Assembly: GCA_018623495.1 (NCBI GenBank)
Contig: JAAZVP010000001.1
Span: 55,991 to 119,990 of the forward strand
Source of the DNA: Halothiobacillus sp.
Lineage (GTDB): Bacteria; Pseudomonadota; Gammaproteobacteria; JAAZVP01
DNA: 64,000 bases
Reading direction: 5' to 3'
Both the position numbers and the translations under genes were made by a program. Numbering within the stretch: position 1 is the stretch's first letter; every line of letters starts with the position of its first letter. Positions 1 through 9,152 of this stretch are shown in pieces. The notes beneath the pieces were generated by a model. It was not told the DNA's origin. It saw nothing but the letters and a program-made list of their open reading frames with translations, and searched no databases.

Positions 1-220
1 CGGCATCGCCGGCTCCACGCGACTCGGGCGCAACGTGGTCATGGCCGCCCAGAGCGGCTCGGTGGGCCACATCCACATCGCCGACCGGACCACGGTCTAC
101 GCCCGCGGCGGGGTCACCAAGGACACCGAGCCGGGCAAGGCCTACGCGGGCTTTCCGCTGATGGAACACCGCCTCTGGCTCAAGCTCCAGGGCAAGCTCG
201 CGCGCCTGCTCAAGCGCTGA
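1..220 (+). CDS. lpxD: 3' fragment of a hexapeptide-repeat acyltransferase, most like UDP-3-O-acylglucosamine N-acyltransferase LpxD (5' end off window)
   Basis: The reading frame is open to the window start. The tail ...GKAYAGFPLMEHRLWLKLQGKLARLLKR matches the LpxD C-terminal helix pattern (G.Y.G.PL....W.K....L..L) from memory. It is followed by a strong terminator. Confidence 0.4.
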   Translation, partial: GIAGSTRLGRNVVMAAQSGSVGHIHIADRTTVYARGGVTKDTEPGKAYAGFPLMEHRLWLKLQGKLARLLKR

Positions 221-256
221 GCAGCGGCCCCTCGATCGCCTGTCCCGGAGACGAGA

Positions 257-283
257 AACCCCGCGGCCTGCCGCGGGGTTTTT
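257..283. terminator. Rho-independent terminator hairpin, usable in both directions (lpxD-like gene on + and MCP gene on -)
   Basis: aaaCCCCGCGGcctgCCGCGGGGttttt: an 8-bp GC stem with a 4-nt loop, flanked by an A-run upstream and a T5 run downstream. Confidence 0.7.
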
Positions 284-302
284 GCAGGGGCTGGGATCGG
301 GC

Positions 303-2222
303 TCAGGTGTGGAACTGGTCGACCAGCTCCTGGAGCCGGGAGGCCAGCCGTGCCAGCTCGCTGCTGGCGGTGGCGGTCTGCTTGCCGCCCTCCGAGGAGT
401 GCGCCGCGGCCTCGTTGATGTTGACCACGTTGCGGTTGATCTCCTCGGCCACCTGGCCCTGTTCCTCGGCCGCGGAGGCGATCTGGGTGTTCATGTCGGT
501 GATGGTGCCGATCGCCCGGGTGATGGACTTGAGCGAGTCGCCGGCCACGTGTGCCTGATCGGCGGTGGTGCGGGCGTGCTCGCGGCTGCTGTTCATCGCG
601 CCCACCGCCTCGCGGGACCCGCCCTGGACGCTCTCGATCATGCCCTGGATCTCCTGGGTGGACTCCTGGGTGCGGTTGGCCAGGCTGCGGATCTCCGAGG
701 CCACCACCGAGAAGCCCCGTCCGCTCTCGCCGGCGCGGGCGGCCTCGATGGCCGCGTTGAGTGCCAGCAGGTTGGTCTGCTCGGAGATCTCGCGGATCAC
801 GTCCACCACGGTGCTGATCTGCTCGGAGGAGCGTTCCAGCTCGCCGATCACCTGGGCGGCGTGTTCCACCTCGTCGACCAGCTTGCCGATGCGCTCGATG
901 GTCTCGTCGACCACGCCCTCGCCGTCGCGCGCCTCGCCGTCGGCCTCCTGGGCCGCGGTGGCCGCCGAGGCGGCGTTGCGGGCGATCTCCTGCACGGTGG
1001 CGGTCATCTCGTTCATCGCCGTGGCCACCTGCTCGGTTTCCTGCTGCTGGCGCTGGACGCCCTCGTTGGTATCGGCGGTGATCTGCGAGAGTTCCTCGGC
1101 CGCCGAGGAGAGCTGCACCGTGGAGCCGGAGACCTGCTCGATGGACTGGCGCATCTTCTCGGCGAACTGGTTGAAGGCCTGCGAGAGCTCGGTGATCTCG
1201 TCGTTGCCGCTGGTCTCCAGCCGCCGGGTGAGGTCCCCCTCGCCGGAGGCGATGTCCTCCATGGCCCGCATGGTGTGACGAATGGGGGTGATGATGCTGC
1301 GGCTGATAAGGATGGCGATGATCGCCGCGATGGCCACCGCCACCGCCATGATCAACAACACCTTGTTGCGCGTCTGGTTCATCTGCGCCACGTAGGCACT
1401 GCGGTCCATGGTGACCACCATCACGCCCACCGGTTCGCCGGAGAAGTCCTCCACGGCCCGGCCATAGGAGATGACCGGCCTGTCCGCGTAGCGGTGCTTC
1501 TCGAAGGCGGTCTTGCCCTCCAGGGCCCTGCGCAGCAGTGGGTCGTCGATCACCCCGGGGTCGCTGAGCGTGGAGGCGAAGGGTTCGAAGCCGCCCGAGC
1601 GGTGCAGGTAGAGCCCGATGTCGACGCCGAACTCCTCCTTAAACTTGTCGAAGAAGGGCTGGCCGAAGGACATGCCGAACTCGACCGTGCCCTGGTGATC
1701 GCCCCGGTATTCGATGGGGGCCATGCCGCGCAGGCCGAGGCCGGCAACGCCCTTTTCCAGGCCCCGGATGGCCGACCGCTGGCGGTTGGCGGCGAGCACG
1801 GTCTTGCGGAAGCCGCTCAGGTCGTCGCCGTGCTTCTCGGGCTTGTGGACCCGGTAGAAGGAGGTCGCCGGCGGGACGTGGAAATGGAACTGCCGCACGC
1901 CGTATTCGCGGCGCAACGGGTCGAAGACCCCGTCGGTGAGCTCCACCAGGCTCTGCCGGTCGCGCTCGGCCATGGCTCGCTTCACCGGGGGTAGGCTCGC
2001 CATCAGGCGGCTCATGGCCTCGGCCAGCCTCTGCTCGGAGCCGATCTCCGCCATGGCCGTCTCGTGCAGGGCCCTGAGCTCGCGAAGCTCGGCCTGGTCG
2101 ATGGTGGCACTGAACTCGCTCACCACCACGGGGATGATCAGTGCGGCGATGAACACGATCACCAGGGCAAACCCGAGCCCCAGGCGCGTGCCGATGGATA
2201 TCCGGTGGAGTAGTGAAAGCAC
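303..2222 (-). CDS. Methyl-accepting chemotaxis protein with a periplasmic single-Cache-type sensor, HAMP domain and MCP signalling domain
   Basis: 639 aa. It has an N-terminal TM helix, then a second TM helix followed by a HAMP domain, and the highly conserved signalling hairpin [33 protein letters not shown]. Confidence 0.9.
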   Translation of the reverse strand: MLSLLHRISIGTRLGLGFALVIVFIAALIIPVVVSEFSATIDQAELRELRALHETAMAEIGSEQRLAEAMSRLMASLPPVKRAMAERDRQSLVELTDGVFDPLRREYGVRQFHFHVPPATSFYRVHKPEKHGDDLSGFRKTVLAANRQRSAIRGLEKGVAGLGLRGMAPIEYRGDHQGTVEFGMSFGQPFFDKFKEEFGVDIGLYLHRSGGFEPFASTLSDPGVIDDPLLRRALEGKTAFEKHRYADRPVISYGRAVEDFSGEPVGVMVVTMDRSAYVAQMNQTRNKVLLIMAVAVAIAAIIAILISRSIITPIRHTMRAMEDIASGEGDLTRRLETSGNDEITELSQAFNQFAEKMRQSIEQVSGSTVQLSSAAEELSQITADTNEGVQRQQQETEQVATAMNEMTATVQEIARNAASAATAAQEADGEARDGEGVVDETIERIGKLVDEVEHAAQVIGELERSSEQISTVVDVIREISEQTNLLALNAAIEAARAGESGRGFSVVASEIRSLANRTQESTQEIQGMIESVQGGSREAVGAMNSSREHARTTADQAHVAGDSLKSITRAIGTITDMNTQIASAAEEQGQVAEEINRNVVNINEAAAHSSEGGKQTATASSELARLASRLQELVDQFHT

Positions 2223-2470
2223 GTGCAGACTCCCTTGGCGTCCTTAGCGGTTGTTCTCGGGCCGGGTTGGCGCTGCGGGCGTACCGCTGGTATCGGTCAC
2301 CCCCGGCGAAACTTGAGCGTGCGGCGTGATTCTAGCCCGCCGGCGGCGGGGAGTGCAGCCAACCCCCTCTTTCGGGGGCTTGCGCGAGGCGGCGGCTTGG
2401 TCTAAAACGGGCGTTCCAGCCACGGTCGATGGCGTATACTGCACCCATTTCAGAGCACCAAGGTGAAGGG

Positions 2471-3250
2471 ATGACCCACCAGGACAGCCGCCAGGGGAAG
2501 CCGGTCCGTGCCGCGGGTCGCGGTCGTTGGGCACGGGTGCTGGCGCTCGGCCTGCTGGCCGCGAGCCTCGCCGGCTGTGCCAGCGGCCCGGTCCAGCGCG
2601 AGCCGCACGACCCCCTCGAGGCCTACAACCGCGAGATGCACGCCTTCAATACCGACTTCGACCGCAAGGTGCTCAAGCCGGTGGCGCAAGGGTACCGCAA
2701 GTTCGTCCCCGCACCCGTCGATCGCGGCGTGAGCAACTTCTTCAGCAACCTCGACGACGTGATCGTGGTGGTCAACGACATCGGCCAGCTCAAGATCGAG
2801 CAGGCCGCCTCGGACCTCGCCCGGTTCACCCTCAACTCCACCGTTGGCATCGTGGGCCTGTTCGACGTCGCCTCGACCGTGGGCCTGCGCAAGCACAACG
2901 AGGACTTCGGCCAGACCCTGGGACGCTGGGGGATGGGCCCCGGTCCCTACCTGGTGCTGCCCTTCCTGGGGCCGAGCAGCCTGCGTGACGGTGTCGGCCT
3001 GGCGGTGGACAGCAGCTACCTCGACCCGGTGAACGTGGCCGTCGAAGACGACGAGGCCCGCTGGGCGCTGCGCGTCGTCGAGGTGGTGGACACCCGCGCG
3101 GGCCTCCTGCGGGGCTCCAGGGTGCTGGATACCGCCGCCCTCGACCCCTACCTGTTCACGCGCGAGGCCTACCTCCAGCGGCGGCGCTACCTGGTCTTCG
3201 ACGGTGCGCCACCGCTGGAGACCGACTTCCCCGGTGATGACGCACCCTGA
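2471..3250 (+). CDS. mlaA: MlaA/VacJ family outer-membrane lipoprotein (phospholipid asymmetry maintenance)
   Basis: Lipoprotein signal with lipobox LAGC. Conserved VacJ core (LEAYNREMHAFNTDFDRKVLKPVAQGY...NDIGQLK...GLFDVAS). Start taken at the internal Met with a GAAGGG ribosome-binding site; the ORF is open from 2429. Confidence 0.85.
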   Translation: MTHQDSRQGKPVRAAGRGRWARVLALGLLAASLAGCASGPVQREPHDPLEAYNREMHAFNTDFDRKVLKPVAQGYRKFVPAPVDRGVSNFFSNLDDVIVVVNDIGQLKIEQAASDLARFTLNSTVGIVGLFDVASTVGLRKHNEDFGQTLGRWGMGPGPYLVLPFLGPSSLRDGVGLAVDSSYLDPVNVAVEDDEARWALRVVEVVDTRAGLLRGSRVLDTAALDPYLFTREAYLQRRRYLVFDGAPPLETDFPGDDAP

Positions 3251-3770
3251 GCCGGTGGCGAGCCAACTGCACGACCGGGTGCGGGAACGCTGCCGGGCGC
3301 TGCTGGAGCGACTCGAGCTCGAACTGGGCCGGGCGATGCCGCGGCCCGAGGTCCGCTTCGACCTGCGCGGTCGTGCCGCCGGGCAGGCCGCCCTCGACGG
3401 CACCTTCCTGCGCTTCAACGCGGTGCTCCTGCAAGACCAGCCGCAGGCCTTTCTCGAAGAGGTCGTGCCCCACGAGATCGCCCACGTGGCCGTGGGCGTC
3501 ATCGCCCCGAGGGCGCGTCCCCACGGCCGCGAGTGGCGGGCGGTGATGCGCCTGCTGGGCGTGGAACCGCGGCGCTGCCACGATTTCGATACCCGCCGAA
3601 GCGAGACGCGCCGCCTGCGGCGTTTCGAGTACCGCTGCGACTGCGACACCCACGCCCTGACCAGCATCCGCCACAACCGTGTGCTCGCGGGTACCGTCTA
3701 TCGCTGCCGCCGCTGCGGTGCGCCACTGCGGCGGATCGAGCCGGGCCGGGATCAACGATCGACGAGATGA
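3237..3770 (+). CDS. sprT: SprT-family zinc metallopeptidase-like protein
   Basis: HExxH motif (HEIAHV) in a SprT-like N-terminal domain. C-terminal Cys-rich zinc ribbon (CDCDTH...CRRCG). Overlaps the mlaA stop by 14 nt. Confidence 0.75.
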   Translation: MTHPEPVASQLHDRVRERCRALLERLELELGRAMPRPEVRFDLRGRAAGQAALDGTFLRFNAVLLQDQPQAFLEEVVPHEIAHVAVGVIAPRARPHGREWRAVMRLLGVEPRRCHDFDTRRSETRRLRRFEYRCDCDTHALTSIRHNRVLAGTVYRCRRCGAPLRRIEPGRDQRSTR

Positions 3771-4123
3771 TCCTCGGGCGAGGCGTCCAGTGCCTCGACG
3801 GTGATCTCGCGTTGCCTGCGGCCGGGCCGCCGAAAAGCGCGGCGCCGGCGCTCGACGGCCACGCGGCGCCAGCCGCATTCGGGGCACCGTGGCCGGCGCC
3901 GCCCGAGGGGGGCGAGGAGGACCACCAGCAGGCCGAGGCAGCCGAGGATCACGCCCAGCAGCGGATCCACCCAGGCGCCGCCCGCCGCCGGCAGGCCGAT
4001 GGCCGGAGCGGCGAAGGCGTAGTGGCCGGGGCCGGAGCCGCGCACCAGGCGGGCCGCCCCCTCGTAGCCGCAGTTGGGGCAGCGGATGGAAACGGCACGG
4101 GCGTGGCGGGTGATGGTGTTCAT
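3752..4123 (-). CDS. Hypothetical small membrane protein with two CxxC zinc-ribbon half-sites either side of a TM helix
   Basis: 123 aa from the Met preceded by a GGGAG ribosome-binding site. Motifs CPNCG ... TM (LLGVILGCLGLLVVLLAPL) ... CPECG. Its 3' end overlaps sprT convergently by 19 nt. Confidence 0.45.
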   Translation of the reverse strand: MNTITRHARAVSIRCPNCGYEGAARLVRGSGPGHYAFAAPAIGLPAAGGAWVDPLLGVILGCLGLLVVLLAPLGRRRPRCPECGWRRVAVERRRRAFRRPGRRQREITVEALDASPEDHLVDR

Positions 4124-4257
4124 GGCGAGACTCCCTCGTCCGATGAAGGCCGAATCGTGCAACGACTATAGCTCACCGGACCGGGCTCGACCGCGCCCTC
4201 GACTCCTCGCCCTCGGTGGTGGCGGGGAAGGGCGCTCTGGTAAGATTTGGCCGCCCC

Positions 4258-4342
4258 GCCCGGGTGGTGGAATCGGTAGACACACCGAACTTAAAATTCG
4301 GAGGCGCAAGCCGTGCGGGTTCAAGTCCCGCCCCGGGCACCA
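4258..4342 (+). tRNA. tRNA-Leu, anticodon TAA, type II with long variable arm, encoded CCA
   Basis: 7-bp acceptor stem GCCCGGG/CCCGGGC. Anticodon stem CCGAA/TTCGG with loop CTTAAAA. Variable-arm hairpin GGC..GCC. T-arm GCGGG-TTCAAGT-CCCGC. Ends ACCA. Coordinates ±1. Confidence 0.85.
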
Positions 4343-4400
4343 ATCGATTGTCTCCCCCCTTCTCCGACACTCGGTGATTTCCCGTCCGCCCGCAGGCTCC

Positions 4401-6044
4401 TCAGGTGCGGAAGCGGTTGACCTGGGCCTGCAGGTTGCTGGCGAGGCGGGCGAGGTCGGTGCTGGCCTCGCTGAGCTCGTGGCCGGTGGTCTCGGTCTCC
4501 TGGGCGATGCCGTTGATGTTGGTGATGTTGTGGTTCATTTCCTCGGTCACCGCGTGCTGTTCCTCGGCGGCGGTGGCGATCTGGGAGTTCATTTCCGAGA
4601 TGCGGTGAACGGCGCCGGCGATGTCGTTGAAGCCGGCATCCGCGCGGTTGGCCGCGTCCACCGCGTGGCTGGTAGATGACTGGCTGCGTTCCATGGCCGC
4701 GGCGGTCTGGCGGGCGCCGGCCTGGACCCGGTCGATGATGTCCTGGATCTCGGCGGTGGAGTCCTGGGTCTTGCGGGCCAGGCTGCGGACCTCGTCGGCG
4801 ACCACCGCGAAGCCACGGCCGTGGGCGCCCGCGCGGGCCGCCTCGATGGCGGCGTTGAGGGCCAGCAGGTTGGTCTGCTCGGCGATGGTGCCGATCACGT
4901 CGAGCACGCGGCCGATGTCGGCGGAGTCGGAGTCGAGCTGGCGCACGGCCGCGCCGGTCTGCTCGATCTCGTGGGCGAGGTCGTTGATGGTCTGGGTGAC
5001 GTCGCCGGCCAGCGTCTTGCCCTGTTCGGCGGAGGTGGTCGCCTGGTTGGCGCTCTCGTCGGCGTTGGAGGCGTTCTTGGCCACTTCGCCCACGGTGGCG
5101 GTCATTTCGTTCATCGCCGTGGCCACCTGCTCGGTCTCGCTGCGCTGGCTCTCCATGCGTTCGCTGTTCTGCTGGCTGATGGCATTGAGCTGCTCGGAGG
5201 CGGAGGCGACGCGGCCCACGGCGTCCGTGACCTCGCCGATCAGCTCCCGCAGCCGACCCATCATGGCGTTGAAGGCCCGTGCGGTCTCGCCGATCTCGTC
5301 GTGGCCGGCATCGTCGGCGGCCAGCGAGAGGTCGGAATCGGCCTCGATCCGCTGGATGGTGTCCTTGAGACCGTGCAACGGCCGGACCACGGCCAGGTAG
5401 GTGAAGACGCCGAGCAGCAGGACGAGGACCCCCACGCCGGCGCCGAGCAGCGAGAAGGTGAGCACGGCGCGGTCGTACTGGGCGTGGGCCTGGTCGCGCT
5501 CTTCGCCGGCCACTTCCAGCTGCAGGTGGACCAGCTCGCCGATCTTGTCGCTGATGGGGTCGATGGCGTCGTAGAGCGGCCCATCGAAGGCCTCGAGCTG
5601 GCCGGCCACCCGGCCGTCGAGTTCTGCCAGGCGCCCCTCCAGCCGGTCGATGGCCCGGTCGGCATCGGTGAACAGCCGCTCGGCCTCGCGGGCGAGGCGC
5701 TGCTCGCGCGGGGTGAGCTCGGTGGCCATGTAGGCCGCCCACTGCGCCTCGATGTCGCGGCGCGCTTCGCGGATGCCGGCCAGGGCCTCGCCGGCGGTCA
5801 TCCGGCCGGCATTGGCCTTGTTGACCGCGTCGATCACCTTGACCGCGTAGTCGTCGCCGATGACCTTGAGGTCCTCGAGCGGGACGACGCGGTCCTGGTA
5901 GACCCGGTCGACCCCATCGACCACCGAACCCAGCAGGGAGAGGGCGATGCCCACCAGCAGGGCAATGCCCGCGAGGGGCACGACCACGCCGGCGATGAGC
6001 TTGTTGCGCACGCTGACACGTCGGGAGAGGGCGGTGAGGCTCAT
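4401..6044 (-). CDS. Methyl-accepting chemotaxis protein with a four-helix-bundle periplasmic sensor, HAMP domain and MCP signalling domain
   Basis: Start taken at MSLTALSRR (the ORF is open further, to 6158). Two TM helices and a HAMP domain. Signalling hairpin [33 protein letters not shown]. Paralogue of the 303..2222 gene. Confidence 0.88.
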   Translation of the reverse strand: MSLTALSRRVSVRNKLIAGVVVPLAGIALLVGIALSLLGSVVDGVDRVYQDRVVPLEDLKVIGDDYAVKVIDAVNKANAGRMTAGEALAGIREARRDIEAQWAAYMATELTPREQRLAREAERLFTDADRAIDRLEGRLAELDGRVAGQLEAFDGPLYDAIDPISDKIGELVHLQLEVAGEERDQAHAQYDRAVLTFSLLGAGVGVLVLLLGVFTYLAVVRPLHGLKDTIQRIEADSDLSLAADDAGHDEIGETARAFNAMMGRLRELIGEVTDAVGRVASASEQLNAISQQNSERMESQRSETEQVATAMNEMTATVGEVAKNASNADESANQATTSAEQGKTLAGDVTQTINDLAHEIEQTGAAVRQLDSDSADIGRVLDVIGTIAEQTNLLALNAAIEAARAGAHGRGFAVVADEVRSLARKTQDSTAEIQDIIDRVQAGARQTAAAMERSQSSTSHAVDAANRADAGFNDIAGAVHRISEMNSQIATAAEEQHAVTEEMNHNITNINGIAQETETTGHELSEASTDLARLASNLQAQVNRFRT

Positions 6045-6225
6045 GGCGATGCGATGCTCCTGGCTGACGGGTTGGGGCCGTGTCGATGGCTGTATCTCCT
6101 TATCGGCCCGTTGCGCGGAATCTTCACCCCGGAATCGGCGTGGGTCGGCCCGGATCATGAAGGCGTCATGGTCAACGGCTATTCTCGGGGGTGGCGATCA
6201 ACCCGTGATGACGTTCTGCAGGAGG

Positions 6226-6639
6226 ATGACGATGCCCGAGATCAAGACGGTCCACAAAGGCGAGATGCTGTTCGAGAGCCGGATGGGCAACCATGCCCTG
6301 GCCATCGACGTGCCCGAGGGCATGGGTGGCAGGGACCGGGGTCCCCAGCCGCCCCAGCTCTTCATCGCCTCGCTGGGCTCCTGCGTGGCGGCGCTGGTGG
6401 CGGACTACTGCAACCACCACGACATTTCCGCCGAGGGGCTCGAGGTGACCGTGTCCTTCGACAAGGCCGAGCATCCCACCCACCTGACCAACATCCGGGC
6501 ATTGGTGATGCTGCCCCACGCGGACCTGGGCCAGGGACACCGCGAGACCGTCCTGCGCAGGGTGGCCGAGCACTGCCCGGTACACGAGACCCTCTGCGCC
6601 GGCGAGAGGATGGACTTCGACATCCGCGGGCGGGATTGA
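6226..6639 (+). CDS. osmC: OsmC/Ohr-family peroxiredoxin-like protein
   Basis: 137 aa. GGAGG ribosome-binding site. Conserved OsmC motifs (...ASLGSCVAALVADYCNHH ... HCPVHETL) with the two-cysteine pattern. Confidence 0.8.
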   Translation: MTMPEIKTVHKGEMLFESRMGNHALAIDVPEGMGGRDRGPQPPQLFIASLGSCVAALVADYCNHHDISAEGLEVTVSFDKAEHPTHLTNIRALVMLPHADLGQGHRETVLRRVAEHCPVHETLCAGERMDFDIRGRD

Positions 6640-6646
6640 CGCCGGG

Positions 6647-8068
6647 ATGGCGGTGGATCGGGGGCGGGTAAGGCGCATGCTGGACCCCGAGCGCCTGCGC
6701 ACCGGCGCCCGGCGCCTGGCCGACCGCCGGGTCCGCCTGGCGATCACCGGCCTGTCGCGCTCGGGCAAGTCGGTCTTCATCACCTCGCTGATCCAGCAGC
6801 TCACCCACGCCTCGGTGAGCACCAACCTGCCGTTTTTCCGGGTGGCCGCCGAGGGCCGCCTGCTGGGCGTCCAGCCCGGTGTGGCGCGTTCGCTGGACAT
6901 TCCCCGGTTTCCCTACGCCGAGGCGATCGCGCGGTTGTCGGCCGATCCGCCGGCGTGGCCGGAGCCGACCCGCGGCATCAGTGCCGTCGATCTCGCGCTG
7001 CATTTCCAGCCCCGGGGGTGGCTCGGGCGGATGACGTCCTCGGCGCGCCTGGACGTGGAGATCGTCGACTATCCCGGCGAGTGGTTGCTGGACCTGCCGT
7101 TGATGGACACGAGCTTTCGCGAGTGGTCGGAACAGGTGGGCCGGATGTGTGCGCGTCCCCCGCGGCGTGAACTGGCCGGTCCCTGGCTCGCGGCCCTCTC
7201 GGGGACCGACCTGGCCGGTCCGGCCGATGGCGCGGCCATCAAGGCGCTCGCCGGGCACTACACGGAATTTCTCCATGGCTGCCGGGAACCCGAGCATGGG
7301 CTCAGCCTGATCCAGCCGGGCCGGTTCGTGTTGCCCGGGGAGCTGGAGGGGGCACCACTGCTGGATTTCTGTCCCTGTCCCGGTGCGCCGGCCGATGAGG
7401 CCCTGCCACCCGACTGCCTCTTCCGGACCATGGAGCGCCACTTCGAGGCCTACAAGCGACACGTGGTCCGGCCTTTCTACGAGCGCTATTTCGCCCGCTT
7501 CGACCGCCAGATCGTGCTCGCGGACGTGCTTCGGCCGCTCAACCACGGGCCGGCCAGCTACGCCGACCTGCAGGAGGCCATCCAGACCGTCCTGGGGAGC
7601 TTTCGCTATGGTCGCGGGGGCTGGCTGTCGCGGGTCTTCCGGCCACGCATCGACCGCCTGCTGTTCGCGGCCACCAAGGCCGACCAGGTGACCCCCGACC
7701 AGTGGTCGCACCAGCGCGATTTCCTCCACCGCGTGGTCGCCCGCGCCGAGAACGAGATCCGCTGCCACGACGTGCAGACCGAGACGCTCTCGGTGGCCGC
7801 CCTGCGCTCCACCCGCAGCGGGCGGGTGGAGCGTGAGGGGCGCGAGATCCCCTGCCTGGTGGGTCTGGCCGAGCCGGACCGCCGGCCGGTACGGGTCTTT
7901 CCCGGCGAGATCCCCGGGCAGGTGCCCCCGGATTCAGAGTGGACGCCGGAGCGTTTCCACTTCATCCAGTTCGCCCCGCCCGAGATCCCCGACATCGAGG
8001 GCGAACCCCTGCCCCACGTGAGCATGGACCGGGCGCTGGAGTTCGTGCTGGGAGACAAGTTCGGATGA
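6647..8068 (+). CDS. ycjX: YcjX-like P-loop NTPase (DUF463 family)
   Basis: Collinear with E. coli YcjX. Walker A LAITGLSRSGKSVFITSL. Further matches: DPPAWPEPTRGIS, IVDYPGEWLLDLP, FDRQIVLADVL, LFAATKADQV, PLPHVSMDRALEFVLGDK. Alternative start at 6677. Confidence 0.85.
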   Translation: MAVDRGRVRRMLDPERLRTGARRLADRRVRLAITGLSRSGKSVFITSLIQQLTHASVSTNLPFFRVAAEGRLLGVQPGVARSLDIPRFPYAEAIARLSADPPAWPEPTRGISAVDLALHFQPRGWLGRMTSSARLDVEIVDYPGEWLLDLPLMDTSFREWSEQVGRMCARPPRRELAGPWLAALSGTDLAGPADGAAIKALAGHYTEFLHGCREPEHGLSLIQPGRFVLPGELEGAPLLDFCPCPGAPADEALPPDCLFRTMERHFEAYKRHVVRPFYERYFARFDRQIVLADVLRPLNHGPASYADLQEAIQTVLGSFRYGRGGWLSRVFRPRIDRLLFAATKADQVTPDQWSHQRDFLHRVVARAENEIRCHDVQTETLSVAALRSTRSGRVEREGREIPCLVGLAEPDRRPVRVFPGEIPGQVPPDSEWTPERFHFIQFAPPEIPDIEGEPLPHVSMDRALEFVLGDKFG

Positions 8069-9111
8069 CCGGCCCCGGCGACGACTGGCAAAGACCGTTC
8101 GAGGAGCCGCTCGGGGAGGGCGGGGCGGCCCGGGACGAGGCGCCGGGCTGGCGCCGGGCCGAGGCCATCCCCGAGGATGCCCCGATTCGTTTCGACGAGA
8201 CGCCCGAGACCTCGGCGCGCCCGGCCGGCCGGGCGCGCCGCAAGGGTCCCGCGGCCGGGCTCTGGTTCGTGGGGGGCTCGCTCGCCTTCCTGGTGCTCGC
8301 CGGGGCCTACGAGACCGTGGGCTTCACCGCCCGGGTCCTGCGCGAGGCACCGCCGGTGGGCCTGGTCCTGCTGACCCTTCTGGGACTGGCGCTGGCGGGA
8401 CTCGGGTTGCTGGTGACCCGCGAGATCCTGGCCCTGCGGCGACTGCGGCGGATTCTGCGCCTCCACGAGGCGGTGGCGCGGCGGCGGGCGTCCCACGAGG
8501 CCGGGGCGGCCATCGCCCTGGCCGAGTCCATCGCCGACGACCTGCAAGAGACCCCCGAGCTCGCCGGCCGCCGCAGCCGGTTTCGCGACAGTTGCGCGGA
8601 GACCCACTCGGGCGAGGAGGTGTTCACCCTGTTCTCCCGCGAGGTACTGGCCGGCGTGGACCGGGACGCGGCCCGGATCGTGCGTTCCGGTGCCCGCCAG
8701 ACCGGCGTGGCGGTGGCGGTGAGCCCGCTGGTCGTGGTCGATGTGGGCTTCGCCCTCTGGCGCACCCTCAGGATGGTTCGCGAGATCGCCGCCCTCTACG
8801 GCGCCCGCCCGGGGATGGCGGGGACGCTGCGCCTGCTCCGCGAGATCGCCGCGAGCCTGCTCTACTCGGGGGTGAGCGAGATGCTCGCCGACATCGGCGC
8901 CGGTTCGCTGGCGCCGCTGGTGTCGCGCCGGCTGGCCCAGGGCTTCGGCGCGGGCCTGTTCACCGCGCGCGTCGGGGTGCGGGCGATGGCGCTCTGCCGG
9001 CCCGTGCCCTTCGCCCCCGGCGAGGCGCCCCGGGTGCGCGACATCGCCGGGGCCGTGCGCCGCGACCTGCGCGATATCCGGGCCGGCGAGGCGAACGAAC
9101 GCCCCGGTTGA
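8065..9111 (+). CDS. ycjF: YcjF-like inner-membrane protein (DUF697/TIGR01620)
   Basis: ATGA overlap with the ycjX stop. Two TM helices. Conserved C-terminal block IAVSPLVVVDVGFALWRTLRMVREIAALYG...GAGLFTARVGVRAMALCRPVPF matches E. coli YcjF. Confidence 0.85.
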   Translation: MTGPGDDWQRPFEEPLGEGGAARDEAPGWRRAEAIPEDAPIRFDETPETSARPAGRARRKGPAAGLWFVGGSLAFLVLAGAYETVGFTARVLREAPPVGLVLLTLLGLALAGLGLLVTREILALRRLRRILRLHEAVARRRASHEAGAAIALAESIADDLQETPELAGRRSRFRDSCAETHSGEEVFTLFSREVLAGVDRDAARIVRSGARQTGVAVAVSPLVVVDVGFALWRTLRMVREIAALYGARPGMAGTLRLLREIAASLLYSGVSEMLADIGAGSLAPLVSRRLAQGFGAGLFTARVGVRAMALCRPVPFAPGEAPRVRDIAGAVRRDLRDIRAGEANERPG

Positions 9112-9152
9112 CCGTCACCCGGCGGACATCCGTTTGGGCTAGATTGGAAGGC

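Noticed and set aside
282-1994. 570-aa plus-strand ORF antisense to the first MCP gene. Similar long antisense ORFs include 4821..6671 +, 17053..19866 +, 17681..19372 -, 29467..32265 -, 27908..30235 -, 50709..54269 -, 37770..39911 -, 40678..41976 -, 45703..47394 - and 33754..34779 -.
   Set aside because: They are Gly/Arg/Ala/Pro-rich low-complexity translations of high-GC DNA and lack stop codons by chance. Each lies opposite a well-supported conserved gene, and none shows family-like motifs.
4173-4370. 65-aa minus-strand ORF.
   Set aside because: It lies entirely across the tRNA-Leu gene. The translation is an artefact.
8592-9152. The N-terminal 187 codons of the 1207-aa ORF that ends as the P-type ATPase.
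   Set aside because: This part is in a different frame overlapping ycjF, is Arg/Gly/Pro low-complexity, and precedes a Met with a GGAAGG ribosome-binding site at 9153, where ATPase homology begins.
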